From an uncultured bacterium (GTDB lineage Bacteria; Patescibacteriota; Minisyncoccia; Phycocordibacterales; CAWITU01), in NCBI GenBank assembly GCA_963839205.1, contig CAWITU010000002.1:772-64771 (forward strand): 64,000 nucleotides of DNA, in the 5' to 3' direction. Position numbers and translations under genes: made by a program. The notes beneath the pieces were generated by a model. That model saw only the letters and a program-made list of their open reading frames with translations. It made no database searches and was not told the DNA's origin. Below, one piece after another: positions 26,468-36,543 of this stretch (positions within the stretch are counted from its first letter, which is position 1; the number at the start of each line of letters is the position of its first letter).

Positions 26468-28978
26468 TTAAGATTTATGTTCCCCTCCCCCACCTCCACT
26501 TCCCCCCACGTCGTCTTTTTCCTTTTTCGATTCACCCCCCTTTTTGCCCGCAAAATCTTTAAGTTCATCAAGCAACCTGTCTTCTTTAGATTTCCTAAGT
26601 TCTTTTCTTATATTTAATGCCGCTTCTTTGGAGGCTTGAGAATGGGCGGTAGAAGTTGAGCAATCTTGGTTTTTCTAATTGTTTTGAGTAGTTAAGCTGT
26701 CTAGTTTTTCCTTGGTCTCTAATTATTTTTATCTTATTATCTGCTTGATTAAGCTGTTGATCAAATTCTTTTTGTTTTGTTTCAATAGTATTTTTTGTTC
26801 GGTCATTAATTTCCTTAATCTTGTCGTCAAAAGCACTCAATCTTTGTGCTATTGGTTGTTTTGTTTTTGTTATCACATCACCCTCTATCTTCAAAGATTC
26901 TATTTTGTTTTGATACTCAGCCCGCTTGTATGGATTTGTTTCTAGCGCACCCATACTTTTATTGTGCTCAAGTTCCTCCTTGATCTCAGACAATCTTTGA
27001 TTCATCTTCTTTTCTTCCTCAAGGTCTTTTTTATATTCACTGCCCTCTGAGCCCTCATTTAATGTTTTAAGTTCTAATTTACCTTTTTCTTCAATTTCTC
27101 TCTTTCCTTTCTTTTCAAACGTATCCTTATTATCATTAATTTCTTTCTTTCTTTCCTCGGTGGTGTCAATTTCTTTCTGTTCGTTGTAAGTTTGTTTTCC
27201 AATTTCTTTACTAAATTCTAATTTGGCTTTCTCATTATCTGATAGGGCTTTTCTGTATCCACCATCTTTTGCCTTTCCAAGGTCTCCTAGTGAACCAGTT
27301 ATAGCGCCAGTTACAGAACCCGCACGCGCGTCAAAACTAGATTTCGCAACCTTGGAGGTTCCTTTATACAAGAATCTAGTAAATGCATTGTTTGCTGCAC
27401 CCTCTTTGAGAAGTGCGCTTTTACTTTCTGCCCATGTTTCCGACTGTATTTCTTCCAATCATGGCAGTTCCTCCAAATACTGTTCTTCCTGCAAGTTTGG
27501 TTCCTGCATTTACTGCTCCCGATACGGCCGCTCCACCACTCGAGGCCATTGATTTTGAAATAACAAGTGAAGTAATAAGGAATCCCATTGCGATAACTAA
27601 ATGGAAAATAAATCCTGTTGCACAGGCCCAGTCTAATGCCCCGCCAGAAATGGTGCTTAGGAACCCAACCGCTCCATTTTGACCACTACACCCACTTCCG
27701 TTATTGAAATTATTTGAGCCAATGATTTGCAGTGTTACCCACATTAAAGCAAAGAAAACTACTGGAAATATACTCTGGTCAAATAAAGTTTTCCACCACT
27801 TCTCAGCAATCATAGAATTAGTTTTGGGTAGGATCATGCTCGCAAAAGCAACCGGCGAGACAATTATCAAGAAAACAAGAACAACATACCTCACAATAAA
27901 TAGTACACAAGCTATGAGTAGAACCACCCCGACAAATAAAAGAAGTCCTGACATTAATATCGATTGAATAAATGCTTGAACATAATTAGTATTGTTAAAT
28001 TGGATTGTGGACTGATTAACAGAAGTGCCGGTGGTTGTCTTTCCGCCAAGGAAAGACGAAAGGCCAAGATTTGAAAGAAAGGCGGTTGCTATTCCTCCTG
28101 ATGGGTCAAATCCTACCAAGGTGGCGCCAACTGAACCCTGTGCAGGAGTTTCAATTGCATTCAAAAAAGTTAAAGTTAAAATATTTGTCCCATCAATAAT
28201 TACTTCAGTGAAAAATAAACTGAAGTTGATTAATAAGGCAATAACAATAACCATACTTAAGATTTTTTTAGTATTAAAACTCTCAAGTCTCAAGATTAGG
28301 GCAATAGAAATATACAGGAGAATAAAGATGAAAAAGATATTTGAAAGGTCTCTGAATGTAGACCACGTTGTATTGACAATCGGCCCTAGGTCGCTGGCAC
28401 CTAAATGTGTTGCTAGATTGGCTACTGTATAGCCGACTACAAAATTAAGTAAAAAGGCAATTATTGTGACAACCATACCAACTATCGCAAAAACAGCTAA
28501 GGCTATCGCTTGAAATAATGAACAAACTATTCCAGCTGGGTCTGGAACAACTAGCCAGACCGCGGACTGGCACCCTGCACTTTTGGTGGAGTTGCCACTT
28601 CCTGTTGTGCCAGTGGTTTGGGAGGCGGCGGCTACGCGGTACGGCGGCGGCAACGGCGGTAGATCCAAACGAAGGTGTTGTAGCGTTACTTGTACTATTT
28701 GATCCAGTTTGAGATGAATCGAGTGATGATCCATTAGGTAAAAGAGTAGTATCGTAAGGATTAGTACCTGTTTCGCTACTCCCGCCAGTACCCACATCAA
28801 GTGTCGGAGTTGAACCTAGGTCTGAAGATGCCCCAGTAGTGTCACTACCAGTAGTATTTACTGGGTTACCGTTTGCATCAAAAATTTGGGCAAAAACAGT
28901 AAAAGGTGATACAAACGAGGCTGTAATTAATATCCCCAAAACTAATTTTTTATATTCTTTCTTCATTATTAATATCAA
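26468..28978 (-). pseudogene. large polytopic membrane protein (VirB6/TrbL-like by context) with a long coiled-coil K/E-rich tail; at least 3 frameshifts
   Basis: The signal-peptide ORF 28445-28978, the multi-TM ORF 27421-28800 and the coiled-coil ORF 26595-27458 connect only by frame changes. A further shift at AAGAAAAGA extends the tail (ELRKSKEDRLLDELKDFAGKKGGESKKEKDDVGGSGGGGGEHKS*) to 26468. Confidence 0.6.
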
Positions 28979-30256
28979 CTATGATTTGCTAAGAATTTGA
29001 CCGACAGCTTTTTGAATCAGGGCTTGCACCAATACATTTACCACCTGGTCGAATTTTTGCGCTGCGACCAATCGTAGATTAGGAAGATTTAGAGTTGTCT
29101 CTGGTGTTGAATATTTAATTAGACTTCCTGGGAGTGGTGATAGCACAATTGGTATCCGTTGAGAGCTCTCAAAACCAAATTGATTACTCCCTTGTCCAGT
29201 TGACAATTAGTTTGATTAAGAGTCCCATTGATTTCGCTGGAGTTGTTGTTGTTGTAGTTCTTTTGCTTGATCAATTTGCCTCTGTGCTATCTGACTATTT
29301 ATGATTGAAGAACTAAGATAATTATTCCCCGGATTAGCAAAACCAGCTCCAAAAGCATTAAGATTAAAGGAATTTGGGTCTCCATAATAAAACCCTTGAG
29401 TAGTTTGTCCCACCACTTAAATAATTTACAATATTATTATTAATTCCTTCGCTACTATTGTTGTATTGAGCCATTATCCCTTGTAATATTTGTTGTTGAA
29501 ATTGTTTTACACCAGGATCTGATATACCATTATTAGCTTTCTGAAAGGCACTAGCAAAACCAAGTGTCTGTTGGTCGGCGATATTGGTGAAGAATTGTTG
29601 TGGGTTATTTACGAAAGCTGGGTTACCATTAAAACCACTCTTAATCCAATTAATAGTGCTATTTCCTATAGCTTGAATCAAAGCGTTACCAATACAAAAT
29701 GCCACAGCATCCCAGCTCGGTAATGAAATGGATATAGGAAGACCGAAAAGTGAAATTACTGTTCCTGTATGTGCTGCTGTAGCAACTGAACTCTGGGCAT
29801 TTAAAGTACCTTCATCTTGGCTAGGTACTGCCTTTATATTAAGGGCAGATGAAATAGCGTTAGAAAGGGTATTTATCCCTTGGTTAACTACGGACTGAAT
29901 AGCTTTTGAGAGAAATAATCCAACTGAACAACCGCTAGCTTGAAGTGCGATATCGCCAGGATTCGGTGCTGCGGTAGTGCTTTGTCCATCTGATCCAGCT
30001 TGAGTCCTTGAGATTTAGTGAAGTTGGGTTGTCGGATCAATTGTGTTTGCGTTATTTGCAGTAGTATTAAATTGGTTAAGTTGTAGACCGTTGCGTTGAG
30101 TTGACGGTACCTACGGTTGAAGTTGGATTTAGTTGAAGATCAGAATTTGGTAATTGTGAGGATAGTGTAGCGGTTTGAGCAAAAACCGCTAAAGGAGAAA
30201 TAAATAAGCAAGTGACTAAGTACGGCTGAGATTATTTTAATTTTATTTCTTTGCAT
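28979..30256 (-). pseudogene. secreted Q/N-rich hypothetical protein, multiply frameshifted
   Basis: ATG at 30256 with a signal-like N-terminus. The fragments 29364-29705, 29216-29416 and 28979-29206, plus the unlisted 5' part, join only via frame changes. Confidence 0.5.
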
Positions 30257-30260
30257 TTTA

Positions 30261-31055
30261 TTATTGGTTCCAAATAAAACCAGCTTCCTTTGCACTAAAA
30301 ATTATACCATTTTGGGCGAAATATGTTGAAAAGGCTGTCATGGTAGAAGTTGAGCTATTTTGTATGTTATTAGCATTTTGCATTGCAACTACAGCTTTTA
30401 GTGGGTCAGCTTGATAATCATTTAATTCTCTAAGATCCACCGCTAAATCATGGTAATTATTTATTGTTTGTAAATCAGTTGAAACAAAATCATTTGGAGT
30501 TGCGATTTGAATAAGTTGACTAGCTATGGCGTCATATTGGTCTGCTATAGCATTTACATCCCCACTATACTTCTTAGGATTATTAGCTATGAGAGTTAGA
30601 TTAGTGATTTCTATTTGGGCAAAAGCATTACCATAATTTCTAATAGCAGTTTTATCAGTTGGATTAAATGTCTTTATGTCGCTAATTGAATACATTTCTG
30701 GCTGGCCAATGGTGCTGATCTCCGTAGAAAATGAATCAACTAAGGCATTTTGTGTGTCTGTTGCATCAAGACCAGTTTGATCAAGATTCACATAACTGGA
30801 AAATGCTGTTTTAGCGAATCTGTCAGTTAGAGTGTCAGTCGCATTAAAATCATCTCCAGTAAAAGCGGTGTCGGGATTAAATAGGAAAAGTGTTGAACTG
30901 CTTGAGTCCACAGAAAGTGGCTGGGTTGAATTATCATACGTTAATTCTCCAGCAATTTGATTTTTTGATGGAAAATATTTTATATAAATAGAGCCGCCAA
31001 TAACCAAGATGGCAACTAGAATTAAAGAAATTATTTTTTTACTTGGAGAGTGCAT
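30261..31055 (-). CDS. membrane-anchored hypothetical protein (264 aa)
   Basis: Intact ORF with N-terminal TM helix IISLILVAILVIGGSIYI. It is the first gene of the minus-strand island operon. Confidence 0.6.
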   Translation of the reverse strand: MHSPSKKIISLILVAILVIGGSIYIKYFPSKNQIAGELTYDNSTQPLSVDSSSSTLFLFNPDTAFTGDDFNATDTLTDRFAKTAFSSYVNLDQTGLDATDTQNALVDSFSTEISTIGQPEMYSISDIKTFNPTDKTAIRNYGNAFAQIEITNLTLIANNPKKYSGDVNAIADQYDAIASQLIQIATPNDFVSTDLQTINNYHDLAVDLRELNDYQADPLKAVVAMQNANNIQNSSTSTMTAFSTYFAQNGIIFSAKEAGFIWNQ

Positions 31056-31099
31056 TTACTTGTAGAAATTATATAAAATATCGTGATACAATACAATTA

Positions 31100-32134
31100 A
31101 TGAAGACTAACATCTCTTTAGTTTTAGCGGTTTTATTCTCTCTTGTTGCAACGAGCGTTTATGCTTCGACAAATTCATTTAATTTCTCTAGAAATTTAAG
31201 TCTTGGTTCGTCAGGAAGTGACGTTCAACAGCTTCAAATTATTCTTAATCAAAATTCTGCAACTAAAATAGCACTCTCCGGCCCAGGTTCTCCAGGCCAG
31301 GAGTCAACTTATTTTGGTAATTTAACCAAACAGGCAGTTATCAAATTTCAAAATCTATATTCTTCTAAAATCCTTATCCCATCAGACCTTACGACAGGTA
31401 ATGGCTTCGTTGGAGCTTTAACTAGAAGCGTTTTAAATTCCCTTTCACAAGTTTCAACTAATGTGCCAGCTATTTCAGCGACAACAAATAGTCTTGTTCT
31501 AACAAATATAACGACTTCTCCTGTAAATAATCAAAATAATTCAACAACTACAGCTTCAACCACCCCAACAGTTTTTGTTTTTTCAGTCAGTCCTTATCAA
31601 GTGAAACCTGGAGGTACTATTCTTATAAATGGTTTTGACTTTAGCACCAGTTCGAATAAGCATATATTTGGATAATAATTTGGTTGGAACTATTTCTTCA
31701 ACCTCAACAACCGAACTCAATTTTCAAATTCCCCAAAAAATTTCGCCAGAATACATACACAATTAGAGTAACCAATAATTTGGGAGATAGTAGTAATGAT
31801 TTTCAACCTGTTAGATTTATTGTTACTAATTCTCCCTTCCAGCTCCGCGAATTTCTTCAATTTCTCCATCAAGCGATTAATGCTTCATCAACTATTACAA
31901 TTACTGGTACTGGTTTTACATCAAAATGGAAATGCTATTTTCACTCCCTTTGGAGATAATTACTTCTTTAATTTCTAACGGGACAACACTCCAATTTACT
32001 TTTGCTAGCTCTTCAATCAAACGGTTTTAAATGCTGTTCCTCAGGCTAAAGGTTCAACTTTTCAGATACCAATATATGTTTCAAATATGAATGGGACGAG
32101 TAATTTAGAAATGATAAATTTTCAAATCCAATGA
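31100..32134 (+). pseudogene. secreted peptidoglycan-binding (PG_binding_1-like) protein with IPT/TIG-like repeats, frameshifted
   Basis: Signal peptide MKTNISLVLAVLFSLVATSVYA. GSSGSDVQQLQIILN...TYFGNLTKQAVIKFQ is a PG-binding motif. The downstream repeats (ILINGFDFS, ITITGTGFTS) lie in three different frames. Confidence 0.6.
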
Positions 32135-32513
32135 AAAAAATTTTACTCTCATTTATATTGATTTATTTCTTTATTTGGCCCGATAATTGTTTCGGCCCAG
32201 ATCAATCATCAGAAGTACCTTTTGGTGGGCCACTTCTTTTTACTATTACTGTGGCTGTAGTGGAAATATATTAAATTTTATTTTTAATGATGAAACGCTT
32301 ACACCAATAACTTTAGTATTTCAGCCAGGATTATCTATTTTATATTCTTATTACAATATTACTTACTCCTGGCACACAGGAACTTGGAGATTATATTCCG
32401 GGAGCTGGTCAGTGTTGGATTCCGATTGGTAACGGAAATTGTGCTTACATTCCTTCTTTGGTGCCTATGGTAATTTGCCAGGAACTGGTACAACATTAGT
32501 GCCAACTCTCTAG
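32131..32513 (+). pseudogene. small secreted Cys-containing protein, frameshifted
   Basis: The ATG overlaps the previous stop (ATGA). Signal-like MKKILLSFILIYFFI, then VPFGGPLLFTIT / CGCSGNILNFIF... / CWIPIGNGNCAYIP in different frames. Confidence 0.4.
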
Positions 32514-33286
32514 AATTTTTCTCCAATCTTCTAAGGTTATATCTTCCGCTCTGACTTTAAGGTCAATATTATTTTTTTTAAATATTTCTTCTAGTTTTGT
32601 TTTAGGATAATCTCTTGGAAAGATTTCCAATTAGCATTTTGCGTTTGCTGGAAAAGCCAAGCTTGATTAGTTCGAAAAACTTTTTTTTGTCTATTTTGTT
32701 TTCGGTAAAAAAGTTTTTTGAGATGTTTCCAATCTGAATTATCGCCGAGTCAACTTTAGGACTCGGCGAGAAGAATCTTTTTGAAATAGTCTCAATGTAT
32801 TTTGGTTTTCCATATGCTTTTACGCTTATTGAGAGAATGCTTTCCTTATTATCTCTAGCAACAATTCTCTGAGCCACTTCTTTTTGAACAAGGACAACCA
32901 TTGTGATGGTTGATTATCTGATTCAAGAAATTTTCTAAAATTGCCCCAGTTATGTAATAAGGAATATTTGCTACCAACTTATACTTGCCAGTATTTTCTA
33001 GAAAATCCAAATTAGATTTCAAGAATATCATCGTGAACTAAGATTAATTTTTTGTCCTTAATTTCTCTTGAGAATTTTTCTTGAAGAACTGGCATCAATT
33101 CGTTGTCTTTTTCAACCGCAATAACTTGCGCCGCCTCTTTAAGTAAGAACTTCGGTTAAAGTGCCATATCCAGGCCCTATTTCCAGAACAATATCGTCAT
33201 TGACAATTGAGGCGGCGCCAGCAATTTTCTCCAATGCCCAGCTTGGATTTAAGAAAATTTTGACCTAATGATTTTTTAGCTTTCAT
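32496..33286 (-). pseudogene. rsmA: 16S rRNA (adenine1518/1519-N6)-dimethyltransferase RsmA/KsgA, at least 5 frameshifts
   Basis: MKAKKSLGQNFL, VLEIGPGYGTLTEVL, KLVANIPYYITGAILENFL, MVVLVQKEVAQRIVA and a C-terminal ...DLKVRAEDITLEDWRKILE are all present, but in six successive frames. Confidence 0.8.
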
Positions 33287-33362
33287 TTTTTTGTAATATT
33301 GAAATTAAAAATCTATAAAAATTGCTTTAGCTCCTGTTGGTCTTTCTTCTGCCTCCAGTAAA

Positions 33363-35254
33363 TTATCTGGCAATGTCAGTTAGAAATTGAGATGGAGTGT
33401 TTACTTGTTTACTGCCGTATATTGTTCTCATTTCTGTGTAGGAAAGAAATAATTTTTTCTTGGCTCGAGTTAAAGCAACATAAAAAAGTCTTCTCTCCTC
33501 CTCCGCTTCTTCTTCGGTCAAATTATCATCATCTTTTTCGTGCGGAAATAATCCCTCCTCGAGTCCGGTAATAAAAACATATTCAAATTCTAGTCCTTTT
33601 GAGGCATGCACTGTCATTAATTTTACCGCCCTCTCATTTTTAATCATACTGTCTTGATCGGTCGCGAGCGCGGCATCAGTCAAAAGCGCCGAAATTCCTT
33701 CTTCTGGTTCTAAAATATCATAACGGGTCGCCAAAGTTGCCAATTCTTTCATGTTTTCAATCTTATCTTCGTCCTCTTCTTTACCATGTTTATATAAATT
33801 TTCTGAACCTGTTTCACGAATAATAAATTTAATTGTTTCAGATGGTTTATTTTCTTTTGCAAATCAGCAATTTTTTGTAATAACTTTCGGAAAGACATAA
33901 CTCTTTCAAGAGTCGCTTCTGGCAGAGTTCCTTCAAGTCCAGAAAATATTTTTAATAGACTAACTTTTCCAATTCCTCTAGCTGGGGAATTAATAATTCT
34001 TTTTATGTCGGCATTTGATTCTGGATTAAGAGCAGCTCGAAGATATGATAGTACATCTTTAACCTCTTTTCTTTCAAAGAATCTGGTTCCCAAAAGTTGA
34101 TAAGGAATATTTTTTAAAAGAAAAGATTCTTCAATCACGCGTGATTGAAAGTTTGCACGATAAAGTACCGCAATTTCATTTGCTCTGACACCACTTTGAA
34201 TAAGTTCACGAGCCTTTCCAGAAATGAAATTGGCTTCATCAGCTTCGTCATATCCTTGAAAAAAGGTAATTTTTTCACCCTCAATATTTCTGGTAAATAG
34301 ATTTTTATCTTTTCGGTGAACATTTTTTGAGATAATTTGGTTCGCTGCAGTTAAGATTGTTTGAGTGGATCTGTAATTTTCTTCCAGAAGAATGACTTTG
34401 GCATCTGGGTAATCCTTTTCAAAATTTAGAATATTTTTAATATTTGCTCCTCGCCAGCTATAAATAGTTTGGTCAATATCTCCAACTACTGCAATATTTT
34501 TATATTTTTCTGCTAATTTTTTGGCAATCCGATATTGAACTTCGTTTGTATCTTGATATTCGTCAATGTGAATGTATTTCCAAGTTTCCTGATATCTTTC
34601 CAAAACTTCTTTATCTGATTCTAGAAGGAGCATTGTCTTGAGGAGAAGATCATCAAAGTCCAATGCTTTTTCTTCTTTAAGAATTCTTTCATAACCGTGC
34701 CAAATTTTTGCCGTAACATCAGTGATGTAATCACCTCCTTTTTCTTCTTCGTAACGGCTAGCTGTAAAACCGTTTCCTTTTTCTCTGGAAATTGTTCCGA
34801 GAATTCTATTGGCTTCAAATTGTTTTGGGTCGTACCCCGCTTCAGTCGTCGCTTCTTTGACAGCTCGTTTTGAATCGCCCCGGTCATAAATAGAGAAATG
34901 TTTTGGAAGTCCAAGTTTGGCAGCGTTGTCTTTAAGAATATGAACTCCTAAAGAGTGGAAGGTGCTCATGAACGGCCTCTCTAAGATACTGACTGGCCTG
35001 TTCAGTTCCTTATCTTCCGAAATGGCTTTCTCAACTCTCTCTTTCATTTCTTTAGCGGCTTTGTTGGTGAAGGTTATGGCCAGAATATTTGAGGGGGTTA
35101 CACCATCATGAATCAGGTTCAGGATGCGATGTGTGATAGTTTTGGTCTTGCCGGCGCCTGCGCCGGCAAGAATTAGAAGCGGCCCTCGTGTAGTGAGGGC
35201 CGCTTCCCTCTGTTTTTCATTTAATCCAATAAGATGAGCTTGTTTTTGATCCAT
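33363..35254 (-). CDS. pcrA: ATP-dependent DNA helicase PcrA/UvrD family, one frameshift near 33.85 kb
   Basis: Walker A LILAGAGAGKT, DEYQDTN, and the LEENYRS and VHASKGLEF motifs. ORF 33749-35290 goes out of frame at about 33850 and continues in frame with ORF 33363-33752. The likely start is ATG 35254 (MDQKQAHLIGLNEKQ). Confidence 0.85.
35146..35171. repeat. intragenic hairpin, 12-bp stem, 2-nt loop (pcrA Walker A)
   Basis: TCTTGCCGGCGC-ct-GCGCCGGCAAGA, encoding ILAGAGAGK. Confidence 0.8.
35176..35206. repeat. intragenic hairpin, 12-bp perfect stem, 7-nt loop (pcrA)
   Basis: GAAGCGGCCCTC-gtgtagt-GAGGGCCGCTTC, encoding EAALTTRGPL. Confidence 0.9.
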
Positions 35255-35354
35255 TGGGCCTACTATAGCACACCACATCTTTATCCCCATTGGGCTTTGA
35301 CAAGGGTCAGCATAAGTCTATGATAGAAGTATACCTACAGTAGACATAGATTTA

Positions 35355-36543
35355 ATGGCTCTACTAGGCCATTTTACTGAATTCCAGAATTATCATTATT
35401 TTAAGGCTTATTTTAGAATTTTTCTCCAAATATCGACAATTAATACCTATATTTATCGTTTTTACGGCTTTATCTACGCCTGTTTTTGCTTATGCTGGGG
35501 TCTTTTCAATTTTTTCTAATCTGTTTATTAATCCAACCGATGCTCAAGTGCAGAATGGGACATTGTCGGCAAATGTTGATTCTGAAACAGTTCCTTTGCT
35601 TCAAGCTGCAGTTAATAGTGATCCAAATCCAGATAAACAAAATGCTGTCGTCACAATTGCCGATAATGCCTTAGTTGATTCTTCCGGTCCAGAAGGAACC
35701 GCTTCGGATATAGATGGGGCTTCTAGTACTTCAGATCAGATTTCTATTTATGTTGTAAGAAGTGGAGATTCGTTAAGTTCAATTGCCTCAATGTTTGGCG
35801 TTACTTCGAATACTATTCGGTGGGCCAACGATATTCCAGCAGGAACATCTATTCAGGAAGGTCAAACCCTAGTTATTCTCCCAGTTTCTGGTGTTGAACA
35901 TACTGTTAAGAAAGGTGAAACACTCCAATCTATTGCTAAATCATATAAGGGGGATGTGAACGAAATTGCTCAGTTTAACAACATCGCTGATAATTCTAGT
36001 CTTGCTGTTGGGGACACTCTAATTATCCCTGATGGTGAGTCTACAGTTGTCAGTCAAACTCCTAGTTCTTCATCAAAAAAATCAAACACCTCAAATTCTG
36101 TAATCGGTAACTCTTCTGAAGGTGGAATTGTGACGGGTGGATCTTTGAGTGAGGTAATCTTGGATACGTTGTCTTCAAGAGAGGAAGTTGATACGACTGG
36201 ATATTTCACATGGCCAATTAAAAATGCAATTGAGACTCAAGGACTCCACGGACATAACGCTGTTGATCTCGCAGCCGCATATGGTAGCCCAATCCTAGCC
36301 GCCGCTTCTGGAAAAGTTATAGTGAGCCGTAACTCAGGTTGGAATGGAGGCTATGGTAGTTATATTGTTATCAGTCATTCTAATGGAACACAAACTTTGT
36401 ACGCTCACCTTAGTAAAAATTATGCTTCTGTGGGCCAGGAAGTAACACAAGGCCAAAAAATTGGTGCTGAAGGAGAAACAGGGCTTGCAACGGGCCCGCA
36501 TCTTCACTTCGAAGTTCGTGGTGGCAATAATCCTTTTATTTAG
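35355..36543 (+). CDS. secreted LysM-domain M23 family metallopeptidase (N-terminal frameshift or non-canonical start)
   Basis: Two LysM repeats (YVVRSGDSLSSIASMFGV, HTVKKGETLQSIAKSY) and the M23 motifs HNAVDLAA and GPHLHFEV. The signal peptide (IPIFIVFTALSTPVFAYA) is in frame with ORF 35548-36543 but lacks a start. The ATG at 35355 is one frame off, across a T5 run. Confidence 0.8.

Noticed and set aside
26470-26560. G-rich purine tract on the minus strand (GGGGGG..GGGGGG..GGAGGTGGGGGAGGGG) as a possible G-quadruplex or regulatory element
   Set aside because: After one frame change in an A run, it reads as a plausible Gly-rich C-terminal tail (DDVGGSGGGGGEHKS*) of the coiled-coil protein, ending right before the next start. 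Coding explains it.
35146-35171. The pcrA Walker A hairpin as independent evidence of selected structure
   Set aside because: It is largely forced by the Ala-Gly-Ala-Gly-Ala-Gly peptide (GCC GGC repeats are self-complementary). I kept it as a feature but do not count it as strong evidence.
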